DNA of 64,000 nucleotides from Escherichia coli (GTDB lineage Bacteria; Pseudomonadota; Gammaproteobacteria; Enterobacterales; Enterobacteriaceae): NCBI RefSeq assembly GCF_030013595.1, contig NZ_CP122768.1; one strand, 5' to 3'. Shown piece by piece: positions 12,001 to 18,128 of this stretch (position 1 is its first letter; each line of letters starts with the position of its first letter). The notes under the pieces were generated by a model. It saw only the letters and a program-made list of their open reading frames with translations, ran no database searches and was not told where the DNA came from. The position numbers and the translations under genes were made by a program.

Positions 12001-15000
12001 ACGGTGATGACATCACCCGCTTCGCCGCCAGTGCTGGAACCGGAGATCACCAGCGCCTGTCCGTGTTCGGCGGCGTTAATAATGTCATCGCCGGAGACGG
12101 TGTTGATGGTCAGCACCGGCACGGTGAGATCCACCGCCAGCCCGTGAGTGGCGGTCGCAGGGTTACCCGCTTTATCGCTTACCGAGGCGCTAACGGTGTA
12201 CTGGCCGGCGGTCAGATTGCTAAGATCTGCCGTCGGCACACTGACGCTCCAGCTGCCGTCCGCCTGGACGGTGCCGCTGTAAGTCACGCCATTAAGCGTG
12301 ACGGTTACCGTCTGCCCCGCTTCGGCGGTACTGCTGCCGCTGATGGTTAGCGGATTGCCCGCCTCGGCGGCGTTCAGAATATCGTCGGTGGCGATGGTGT
12401 TAATGGCAAGCGTCGGGGCCGTGGCATCGACGCTGTAGGCGTGGGTTGCCGAAGCCGTATTGCCGTTAACGTTACTGACGCTGGCCTGTACCGTGGCGTC
12501 GCCGTCGCGTAATGCGGCGAGATCGGCAGCAGGTACACTGGTTGTCCAGCTGCCATCGCCCGCTACGGTGGCGGTGTAGGTTTTCCCGCCAAAGGTAACT
12601 GAGACCGTTTGCCCCGGCTCCACGCCGGAGGTGCTGCCTGAAAGGGTTAAATCGGCCCCTTTTTCGGCGGCGTTAATCACATCATCGCCGGAAACGGTGT
12701 TAATGGAAATCGCCACCGCCGCCAGATCGACGGTGACTGGATGGGTGATAGTGACCGGGTTTCCTGCGCTAGTGGCACCTGAAACCGTGATATTCACCGT
12801 CCCCGCAGGCCAGTTACTGACATCTGCCGCCGGAACGCCAACGCTCCATGTACCATCGGCTAATACCGTCGCGCCGTAGGTGACGTTATTGATCACCACC
12901 GTCAGCGCCGCGCCCGCCGCCAGCCCGCTGCTGCTACCGGTTATCACCAGTGCCTGACCGTGCTCGATGCTGTTGACCACATCATCGCCCGCCACGGTAT
13001 CGACGCGCAGACCTGGCAAATTGGCGTCGATAGTAATATCTCGCGAACCGCTGCCGGTATTACCAACGCCGTTGGTCACCGAGGCATTAACTGTCAGGTC
13101 GCCATTGCCGATGGCCTGAATATCCGCCGCCGGAACGTCCACGCTCCAGCTTAAATTCCCCTGCACGGTAGCGGTGTAAGTTTTCCCGCCAAGCGTTACG
13201 GTAACCGTATCGCCCGCCGCCGCACCCGTCACCTGGCCGCTGATGGTCTGCGCCACGCCCGATTCCGCAGCGTTGATAATATCGTCGCTCGCCACCGGAT
13301 TAATGGTGACGCCAGGCAGCGCGGTATTGACCTGCACGTTATGGCTGGCGGAATTGCTGTTGCCCGCGCTGTCGGTGACGTTCGCCGTCACCGTGTAGCT
13401 GGCTTCGCCCAGCGCACCGACAGCGGAAGCAGGCACCGTGGTGCTCCAGTTGCCGGAAGCATCTGTGGTGGCAGTGTAATTTTGCCCGTTCAGCGTCAGC
13501 GTAATTGTGGTGCCAGCTGGCTGATTACTGGTGCCGGAAATTTGCAGATCCGCGCCTTTTTCGGTGGCGTTAATCACGTCATCGGTGGCGATGGTGTTAA
13601 TGCCAATGGTCGGCGCGGTCAGATTCACTGTAACCGTGCGGCTGGCATCATCGCTGTTGCCTGCCGCGTCGGTAATGCTGGCGGTGACAGTTTGCGGGCC
13701 GCTGCCCAGCGCCGTGACATCCGCCGCCGGAACGCCGACGCTCCAGTTGCCGGAGGCATCCAGCGTCGTGGTGTAGGTTTTACTGTTTAGCGTGACGGTG
13801 ACGACATCCCCCGCTTCTCCGCCAGTGCTGGAACCGGAAATCACCAGCGCCTGCCCGTGTTCGGCGGCGTTAATAATATCGTCGCCCGCAATGGTGTTGA
13901 TGGTAAGTACCGGAACGGTGAGATCCACCGCCAGATTATGCGTGGTGCTCGCCGGGTTGCCCGCTTTGTCATTGACCGTGGCGGTCAGGGTGTGGCTGCC
14001 ATCGGTCAATGCCTCAAGATCTGCCGCCGGAATATTGATGCTCCAGCCGCCGTCCGCCTGCACCGTTGCCTGATAGGTCTGCACGGTCGGGCTATTGAGC
14101 GTTACCGTAACAATCTGCCCCGCTTCAGCGGTGGTGCTGCCGCTCACCGTCACACCCGCATCGGCTTCGCTGGCGTTGACGATATTGTCGCTGGCGACGG
14201 TATTGATAATGATGGTTGGCGCGCTGCTATCCACACTGTAGCTGTGCACCGCCGAGGCGCTATTGCCGTTAATATTGCTGACGCTGGCCTGCGCGGAGGC
14301 GCTGCCCTCTGGTAATGCTGCCAGATCGGCGGCGGGAACGGTGGCAGTCCAGCTACCATCGCTCGCCACGCTGGCGGTGTAATTTTTCCCACCAAAGGTG
14401 ACGGTGACGGTTTGACCGGGTTCTACGTTAGTGGTGGTGCCGGAAAGGGTTAAATCAGCGCCTTTTTCTGCGGCGTTAATCACATCGTCCGTGGCGATGG
14501 TGTTGATGGTAATCGCCGCCGGCGTGAGATCGACCATAACCGGATGCGTAATGCTCACCGGATTTTCGGCGCTACTTTCCCCGGATACGGCAATATTAAC
14601 CGTCCCCGCAGGCCAGACGCTAACCTGCGCCGCCGTGACGCCCACGCTCCAGCTACCATCGGCCTGCACCGCAGTGATGTATTCCACATTATTAATTGTG
14701 ACGGTAAGCGGCGTGCCTTCAGCCAGCCCCGAGCTGCTGCCGGTGACCACCAGCGCCTGCCCGTGCTCAATGATATTGACCACATCATCGCCCGCCACCG
14801 TATCGACCCGCAGACCGGGCAGATTGGCGTCGATGGTGATATCCCGCGTGCCGCTGCCGGTGTTGCCGTTTTGATTGGTGACCGAGGCGCTCACCGTTAA
14901 ATCGCCATTACCCAGCGCCTGAATATCTGCCGCCGGAACGCTCACGCTCCAGGTGAGATTGCTGCCCACCGTCGCCGTATAAGTATTACCGCCCAACGTA

Positions 15001-18000
15001 ATAGTTACCGTGTCGCCATCTTCCGCGCCAGTAACCTGCCCGCTGATGGTTTGCGCGACGCCTGCTTCGGCGGCGTTAATAATATCGTCGGTTGCCACCG
15101 GGTTAATGGTCACGCCGGGCAGCGCGCTGTCGACCAGCACATTATGGCTGGCGGTGGCGCTGTTGCCGATACTGCTGGTTACCGCCGCCGTTACCGTATA
15201 GTTGGCCTGGCCCAGTGCGGTTACCGCCGATGCCGGAACCGTCACGCTCCAGTTGCCGGAGGCGTCGGTCGTGGTGGTGTAATTTTGCCCGTTCAGCGTC
15301 ACGGTGATGGCGGTATTAACAGGCTGATCGCTGGTGCCGGTAATCTGGAGATCGGCTCCTTTTTCGCTGGCGTTGATCACATCATCGCCCGCAATGCTGT
15401 TAATGCCGATAAGGGGCGCGGCGGTATTGACCGTGACGGTCAATGACTGGCTGCCGCTGTTTCCGGCGCGGTCAGTCACTGACACGTTGATCGGATAACT
15501 GCCGTCCACCAGTCCGCTGACAACGGAAGCCGGAACGCCCAGACTCCAGTTGCCGGAAGCATCCACCACCGTGGTGTAATCCACATTATTCAGCGTCACG
15601 GTGACGATATCGCCCGCCTGAGCGCCAGTAACCGTGCCGCTGATGATTTGCGCCTGGGTGTGTTCCGGCGTGTTGATGACGTTATCGGTCGCCACCGGAT
15701 TAATGGTTACCACCGGCGGCGTGGCATCGACCAGCGCCACGCGTGAGACGCGGCTCGGATTACCGGCAACATCGTTCACGCTGGCGGTGACCGTAGCGTT
15801 GCCGTCAGCCAGTGCGCCAACGTTGGCGGCGGGAACGGTCACGCTCCAGGTGCCGTCGGACTGCACGATGCCCTGATAGGTTTGCCCATTGAGCGTAACC
15901 GTCACCGTTTGCCCTGGCTGAGCGTCGGTGGTGCCGGTGATGGGCAGATCCTGCCCGCTTTCGGCGGCGTTGATGATGTTATCAGCGGTCAGTGGATCGA
16001 TGCTTAAGGCCGGGGCCTGGCTATCGACGGTGATGGTGCGGGAAGTGTTGCCGGTATTGCCGCTGAGATCCGTCACAGAAGCGGTAATCGCCACCGCGCC
16101 GTCAGGCAGATTTCCCATCGCGGCGGCAGGTACCGTCAGACTCCAGGAGCCATCGGCCTGCACGGTAGTGGTAAAACTCTGTCCAGCCAGGGTTACTGTG
16201 ACGGTTTGTCCTGTCTCGGCCTGTTGAGTGCTACCGGTAAGGGTCAGTGGCGCACCTTTTTCTGCGCCACTGATAATGTCATCGCCAGAGACGGTGTTAA
16301 TAGTGATCAACGGAGAAACACCGACCAGCGTGATTGCTCGAGACGCCGCGCCAGTATTTCCTGCAGCATCTGTTACGGTGACGAAAATCGTATTAACCCC
16401 ACGATCTAGCGTGCGGGTTACCGCCGGGTCCAGCGCCACATTCCAGCTGCCATCCGCCAGCACGATGCCCGTCAGGACATGAGTGCCCAATTTCACCGTT
16501 ACCGTATCGCCTAGAGAAGCACCGCTGACTTGTCCGGAGATGATCTGCGCGACGGCCTGCTCGGCATTATTAAGAATATCGTCGCCCGCCACGGTGTTAA
16601 CGCTGACCACGGGTGCTGAGGTGTCTACCGTGAAATTCGCGCTGTTGCTGGTGGTGTTTCCTGCCCGATCGCTGACACTGGCATTGACAGCGTAGTTCCC
16701 CTCCGCCAGTGCCTGGACCTCCGTGGCAGGCAGCGTCACTTGCCAGGTTCCGTCGCTACCGACGGTTGCTGTATGGCTTTTCCCGTTGACGGTCAGGGTT
16801 ACGGTTTGCCCCGCTTCTGCATTCGAAGTGCCGCTCAGTACCAGCGCGGCGTTATGTTCCGCAGCACTGACGATGTTGTCCTGAGCGATAGTGTTGATGG
16901 CAAGCGTTGGCGGTTGGGTATCGACCGTTAGCAGCTGCGCGCCGGTGACCGTATTGCCTGTGGTGTCTTTCCCACTGACCAGTACCGCCTGATTCCCTTC
17001 GCCTAACGCCTGTGCATCGGCGGTCGGTACCTGCACGCTCCAGGCACCGTTAGCGCCTACGCTGGTGGTGTAGGTTTTGCCGTTTAGCGTAACGGTGAGT
17101 TCTGTTCCCTGTGCCAGATGACTACTGGTGCCAGAAAGCGTAAACCCGGTGGCCTGTTCGCTGGCGTTAATAATGTTATCGCCTGCGGTGGTGGCAACCT
17201 GCACGCTGGCCTGACTATTGTCGATGGTTAACGTTATCGAACCGGCGTCAGTGATGGTACTGCCGACAATTTGCACCACTGACCAGGTATGTTCACCTGC
17301 ACTTTGCGTGGGTAACGAGACACTCCAGTGACCGTTGTTGTCTACCTGAGTACTGGCAATAGTATTGCCGTTACTGTCTTTAATCTGAATAGTCGCCCCC
17401 GCCTGCCCGCTGCCGCTAAAGGTTGGCGTGGTATCATCGGTGATGTCATTGGTGGCGAGAATGCCGCGCTGATCGCCCTGATTATCGGTAACTAAAAATG
17501 ATGGAGTGGCGTTGCCAGGCTCAGCGGGTGGCGTAGGGTTACTAATCACTTCCGTTTTCGAGTCGCCATCGCCACCGCTTGCCAGCAGTGCACCAAGCGC
17601 GCCACCGCCTACCGCCAGCCATCCCCACGGGAAGGTGCTGGTCTGAGCAACGGTATCAAGAAATGGCGCAATGCTTTCAATTGCGGTGGTCTGGGCAGTC
17701 AGTTCTACGGGGGCTAATCCACCCGCAGCAGTATCGGCAAAGGTGACGTGGGTGAGCTGTTGTCCATCGGCAAACACCAGTTCCGATTGTTCAGCGGTAT
17801 TCGCCGCTTGCAGGAAATAACCGTTGCAGCGGATCACCGTGCCGTCCTGCATATAGATCAGCAGGTCATTTCCTTCACGGACGTAACGCGCAACGGCAGA
17901 GGCCTGAGCATGAACCTGCACCACGGAAGGCTCATAAATAACAACCGTGACGTCGCCAGGATTAATCAGCGTTTGTTTGACGGATGTTTTACGCGAAATA

Positions 18001-18020
18001 ACATCAATAATCAGGCTCAT
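1..18020 (-). CDS. Giant T1SS-type repetitive adhesin (BapA/LapA/SiiE-like, RTX-family exoprotein), 5' 18 kb only; 3' end lies beyond the left window edge
   Basis: ATG at 18018-18020 (minus) with AGGA about 8 nt upstream and an in-frame stop just upstream (18051-18053). The ORF track reports no minus-strand ORF in this frame, consistent with an open frame running off the window (about 6006 codons). My translation of the start: MSLIIDVISRKTSVKQTLINPGDVTVVIYEPSVVQVHAQ...HVTFADTAAGGLAPVELTAQ. My translation of 2230-3000 in the same frame gives ~100-aa Ig-like units such as TVAGDDIIN..GSTSAEVGQTVTVTFGGKTYTATVAANGTWALNVPAADLAALGQG. Plus-strand ORFs here are short, overlapping and alternate-frame. 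Confidence 0.9.
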   Translation of the reverse strand, partial: MSLIIDVISRKTSVKQTLINPGDVTVVIYEPSVVQVHAQASAVARYVREGNDLLIYMQDGTVIRCNGYFLQAANTAEQSELVFADGQQLTHVTFADTAAGGLAPVELTAQTTAIESIAPFLDTVAQTSTFPWGWLAVGGGALGALLASGGDGDSKTEVISNPTPPAEPGNATPSFLVTDNQGDQRGILATNDITDDTTPTFSGSGQAGATIQIKDSNGNTIASTQVDNNGHWSVSLPTQSAGEHTWSVVQIVGSTITDAGSITLTIDNSQASVQVATTAGDNIINASEQATGFTLSGTSSHLAQGTELTVTLNGKTYTTSVGANGAWSVQVPTADAQALGEGNQAVLVSGKDTTGNTVTGAQLLTVDTQPPTLAINTIAQDNIVSAAEHNAALVLSGTSNAEAGQTVTLTVNGKSHTATVGSDGTWQVTLPATEVQALAEGNYAVNASVSDRAGNTTSNSANFTVDTSAPVVSVNTVAGDDILNNAEQAVAQIISGQVSGASLGDTVTVKLGTHVLTGIVLADGSWNVALDPAVTRTLDRGVNTIFVTVTDAAGNTGAASRAITLVGVSPLITINTVSGDDIISGAEKGAPLTLTGSTQQAETGQTVTVTLAGQSFTTTVQADGSWSLTVPAAAMGNLPDGAVAITASVTDLSGNTGNTSRTITVDSQAPALSIDPLTADNIINAAESGQDLPITGTTDAQPGQTVTVTLNGQTYQGIVQSDGTWSVTVPAANVGALADGNATVTASVNDVAGNPSRVSRVALVDATPPVVTINPVATDNVINTPEHTQAQIISGTVTGAQAGDIVTVTLNNVDYTTVVDASGNWSLGVPASVVSGLVDGSYPINVSVTDRAGNSGSQSLTVTVNTAAPLIGINSIAGDDVINASEKGADLQITGTSDQPVNTAITVTLNGQNYTTTTDASGNWSVTVPASAVTALGQANYTVTAAVTSSIGNSATASHNVLVDSALPGVTINPVATDDIINAAEAGVAQTISGQVTGAEDGDTVTITLGGNTYTATVGSNLTWSVSVPAADIQALGNGDLTVSASVTNQNGNTGSGTRDITIDANLPGLRVDTVAGDDVVNIIEHGQALVVTGSSSGLAEGTPLTVTINNVEYITAVQADGSWSVGVTAAQVSVWPAGTVNIAVSGESSAENPVSITHPVMVDLTPAAITINTIATDDVINAAEKGADLTLSGTTTNVEPGQTVTVTFGGKNYTASVASDGSWTATVPAADLAALPEGSASAQASVSNINGNSASAVHSYSVDSSAPTIIINTVASDNIVNASEADAGVTVSGSTTAEAGQIVTVTLNSPTVQTYQATVQADGGWSINIPAADLEALTDGSHTLTATVNDKAGNPASTTHNLAVDLTVPVLTINTIAGDDIINAAEHGQALVISGSSTGGEAGDVVTVTLNSKTYTTTLDASGNWSVGVPAADVTALGSGPQTVTASITDAAGNSDDASRTVTVNLTAPTIGINTIATDDVINATEKGADLQISGTSNQPAGTTITLTLNGQNYTATTDASGNWSTTVPASAVGALGEASYTVTANVTDSAGNSNSASHNVQVNTALPGVTINPVASDDIINAAESGVAQTISGQVTGAAAGDTVTVTLGGKTYTATVQGNLSWSVDVPAADIQAIGNGDLTVNASVTNGVGNTGSGSRDITIDANLPGLRVDTVAGDDVVNSIEHGQALVITGSSSGLAAGAALTVVINNVTYGATVLADGTWSVGVPAADVSNWPAGTVNITVSGATSAGNPVTITHPVTVDLAAVAISINTVSGDDVINAAEKGADLTLSGSTSGVEPGQTVSVTFGGKTYTATVAGDGSWTTSVPAADLAALRDGDATVQASVSNVNGNTASATHAYSVDATAPTLAINTIATDDILNAAEAGNPLTISGSSTAEAGQTVTVTLNGVTYSGTVQADGSWSVSVPTADLSNLTAGQYTVSASVSDKAGNPATATHGLAVDLTVPVLTINTVSGDDIINAAEHGQALVISGSSTGGEAGDVITVTLNSKTYTTTLDASGNWSVGVPLSDVTALGSGPQTITATITDAAGNSDDASRTVTVNLTAPTIGINTIASDDVINATEKGADLQITGTSNQPAGTTITVTLNGQNYTATTDASGNWSATVPASAVGALGEASYTVTANVTDSAGNSNSASHNVLVNSALPAVTINAVATDDIINDAESGNAQTISGQVTGAAAGDTVTITLGGNTYTATVQANLSWSVSVPAADIQALGNGDLTVNASVTNGVGNTGNGSRDITIDANLPGLRVDTVAGDDVINSIEHNQALVSTGSSSGLTAGTALTVEINNVTYAATVLADGTWNLGVPAADVSNWPAGTVDITVSGTNSAGTTSTITHPVTVDLAAVAITINTLSVDDVINAVEKGETLVVSGSTSGVEAGQTVTVTFGGKNYTTTVEANGSWTVNVPPADLAALPDGAGNVQASVSNINGNNAQADRAYSVDATAPLVTINTIASDDILNVSEAGAGITISGTTTAQAGQTLTVTLNNNTYQTTVLADGTWSVNVPATDLSGLTASSYTVTATVSDKAGNSASADHALAVDVTAPDLTINTVAGDDIINAIEHGQALVVSGTSTGAAAGDVVIVTLNGKNYTTTLDASGNWTVGIPAADVTALATGSQTITASLSDRAGNSDSTTHNVTVDLSGPTLTINTVSDDDIINSTEKTQDLTISGGSSGLATGTTVTVMLNGLAYSATTDSSGNWSVTVPASAVGALGEAVYSISASATDSAGNSGSTTHTVNVESLLPGVTINTVAGDDIINAAEIAVAQTISGQVTGTAAAGNTVIVTIGGNQYTATVQPDLSWSVSVPANVLQALGNGELTISASVTNGVGNTGTATHDIVIDANLPGLRVDTVAGDDVVNIIEHGQALVVTGSSTGLAAGAALTVVINSVTYGATVLADGSWSVGVPAADVTNWPAGTVNIAVSGTNTAGTTTSISHPVTVDLAAVAITINTLSTDDVINAAEKGSDLQLSGTTSGVEAGQTITVIFGGKSYTTTVAADNTWGLTIPAVDLATLPDGTANVQASVSSVAGNNAQATHAYSVDATAPSVTINTIASDDILNAAEAGSALTISGTSTAEAGQTVTVTLNGVNYSGNVQADGSWSVSVPTGDLANLTVSPYTVSAAVSDKAGNPASATHNLTVDLVAPVVTINTVAGDDIINSTEHGQAQIISGLATGATTGNTVSVTIGTTTYTTVLDANGNWSIGVPASVISALAQGDVTITATVTGSAGNSGTASHTVTVALGAPILGINTIAVDDIINATEKGADLAISGSSNQPAGTQITVTLNGQNYTTTADASGNWSVTVPASRVSALGEATYTVTAAATDSDGNSGSASHNVQVNTALPGVTINVVASDDIINAAEAGAGQSISGQVTGAAAGDTVTVTLGGATYTATVQANLSWSINVPASALQALGNGELTISASVTNSVGNTGNGTREITIDANLPGLRVDTVAGDDVVNIIEHGQALVITGSSSDLAAGSNVTLTINGQTYVAAVLADGSWSVGVPAADVSAWPAGTVTITASGNTTAGNPVSVTHPVTVDLTAVAVSINAITADDVINAAEKGAALTLSGSTSGMEAGQTVTVTFGGKTYTASVVANGSWSTSVPAADMAALRDGDASAQANVSNVNGNSATTTHAYSVDATAPTVTINTIAGNDILNAAEAGAALTITGSSTAEAGQTVTVTLNGANYTGTVQTDGSWSVSVPPADVSALTASNYTVSAAVSDKAGNPASVNHNLTVDTSVPVVTINTVAGDDVINATEHAQAQIISGSATGATTGSTVTVTIGTNTFTTVLDASGNWSVGVPASVVSVLANGTVTINASVTDAGGNSGSATHQVTVNTGLPTIIFNAISGDNVLNADEKGQPLTISGSSTGLATGAQVTVTLNGHNYSATTDAAGNWTLTVPVSDLAALGQANYIVSASATSAAGNTTSSQANLLVDSGLPGVTINTVAGDDIINAAEAGADQTISGVVTRAAAGDTVTVTLGGNTYTATVLSNLSWSVTVSTVDLQALGNGDLTITASVTNANGNTGSGTRDITIDANLPGLRVDTVAGDDIVNSIEHGQALVITGGSSGLNAGAVLTVTINSVAYSTTVQADGSWSVGIPAASVSAWPAGPLTVEVAGQSSADNPVSVSHPFTVDLTAVAISINTVASDDVINAAEKGTDLTLSGSTSGIESGQTVTVTFGGKTYTASVAANGSWSVNVPAADLATLPDGAANVQASVSSASGNSASATHAYSVDASAPTLTINTIASDDILNATEAGSPLTISGTSTAETGQTVTVTLNGATYTGTVQADGSWSVSVPPSALGALTASNYTVSATANDKAGNPGSASHNLAVDTTAPVLTINTVAGDDIINDAEHAQALVISGTSTGGEAGDVVSVVLNGKTYTTTLDASGNWSVGVPAADVTALGSGAQTITASVSDRAGNSDDASRTVTVSLSAPVISINTIAGDDVINAMEKGSDLALSGTSDQPAGTAITVTLNGQNYSATTDSSGNWSVTVPASAVSALGEATYSVTASVTNAQGNSSTASHNVQVNTALPGVTINPVATDDIINASEAGSAQTISGQVTGAAAGSTVTVELGGKTYTATVQADLSWSVSVPAADWQALGNGELTVNASVTNAVGNTGSGTRDITIDASLPGLRVDTVAGDDVVNIIEHAQAQVITGSSSGFAAGTALTVVINNQTYAATVLANGSWSVGVPAADVSNWPAGTLNITVSGANSAGTQTSITHPLTVDLTTVAVSINSITSDDVINAAEKGAALTLSGSTSGVEAGQAVTITFGGKTYTTTVAANGSWSTTVPAADMAALRDGDASAQVRVTNVNGNSATATHEYSVDSAAPTVTINTIASDNIINASEAAAGVTVSGTSTAEAGQTLTVTLNGTNYQTTVQADGSWSLTLPASDLTALANNGYTLTATVSDLAGNPGSASKGVTVDTTAPVISFNTVAGDDVINNVEHTQAQIISGTASGAVAGDRLVVTIAGQQYVTSTDASGNWSVGVPASVISGLADGTVTISATVTDSAGNSSTQTHNVQVNTAAVSLSVSTISGDNLINAAEAGSALTLSGTGTNFAAGTVVTVLLNGKGYSATIQSNGSWSVNVPAADVAALADGTSYTVSASAQDSAGNSATASRSVAVDLTAPIISINTVSTDDRLNAAEQQQPLTLNGSTSAEVGQTVTVTFGGKTYTATVAANGTWALNVPAADLAALGQGAQTITASVNDRAGNPGQTTHALTVDTVAPTVTIATVAGDDIINNAEQLAGQTISGTTTAEVGQTVTVTFNGQTWTATVGSGGSWSVFIPAQQFAGLSDGSYTISATVSDQAGNSGSASRGVTLNGDVPTVTINTFAGDDVVNAAEHGSSLVISGTTTAPVGQTLTLTLNGKTYTTTVQTGGSWSYTLGSADVTALADGNAYVINASVSNAIGNTGSSNHTITVDLSAPAMGINIDSLQADTGLSASDFITSVSPVVVNGSLTAALASNETAQISIDGGVTWTTLTVTGTTWRYNDSRTLTDGNYLYQVRVIDAAGNVGATDSQNVVIDTIAPDPTVKTIAISAITTDTGLITNDFVTSDTTLAVSGSLGAALSAGEFAQISIDGGTTWQNLSVSGLTWTYLDGRTLTDGNYNYQVRVIDTAGNIGATASQIVTVDTTAPLASKTITIAGISDDTGLSSSDFVTRDTTLTVRGTLGATLAADERAQISLDGGVTWTTLTVIGTSWSYADGRTLTDGTWNYTVRVVDLAGNVGQTATQNVVVDTTSPEAAKSITITGISDDTGASSSDFITSDTTLTVRGVLGAALGANEFAQISTDNGATWVNVTVAADGLNWSYVDGRTLTNGTTTWQVRVVDLAGNVGATSSQSAQIDTVNPAQVLTIASISTDTGSSATDFITSDTTLTLTGSLGAGLASGEVAQISLDGGATWITLTTNGTQWTYTDSRTLTDGSYVYQVRVLDLAGNTGPVVSKTVVVDTINPTATPTIVSYTDDVGQRQ
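3600..14800 (-). repeat. Higher-order tandem repeat of ~1.8 kb (about 6 Ig-like domains per unit), at least 6 consecutive periods, inside the adhesin CDS
   Basis: Anchor motif gccaaa(a/g)gt.acggt.acgg recurs near 3610, 5400, 7195, 8995, 10790, 12590, 14390. Second anchor atcatcgcccgc.acggtatc.acccgcag recurs near 3995, 5800, 7598, 9395, 11190, 12985, 14785. Spacing is ~1795-1800 bp. Alternate-frame ORFs recur with the same period (e.g. 3619, 5410, 7195, 9007, 10789, 12631, 14431). Confidence 0.85.
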
Positions 18021-18128
18021 AATGGCATTCCTGATAAATGGCGCATATCCTTAGCGAGTCCATTTATCTAAATAAGACAAAGGTAATCACTTAACAACGA
18101 GGCATACCTGATATTAATAATGGCAGGA

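Noticed and set aside
3600..14800. Possible CRISPR array or non-coding satellite, given the regular tandem periodicity
   Set aside because: The period (~300 bp, and ~1.8 kb) is far longer than CRISPR repeat-spacer units, there are no short identical direct repeats with unique spacers, and the repeats sit in an open reading frame encoding Ig-like domains.
190..17000. Dozens of 60-320-aa plus-strand ORFs (and a few minus-strand ones, e.g. 1487..1693, 14150..14395) across the first 17 kb
   Set aside because: They are short, mutually overlapping, Pro/Ala/Arg/Val-rich alternate-frame artefacts of a G+C-rich repetitive gene. The single uninterrupted minus-strand frame from 18020 to 1 explains the region.
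17748..18071. 107-aa plus-strand ORF at the adhesin start
   Set aside because: Antisense to the adhesin N-terminus, which has a good RBS and a recognisable BapA-prefix-like translation; no support for a separate gene.
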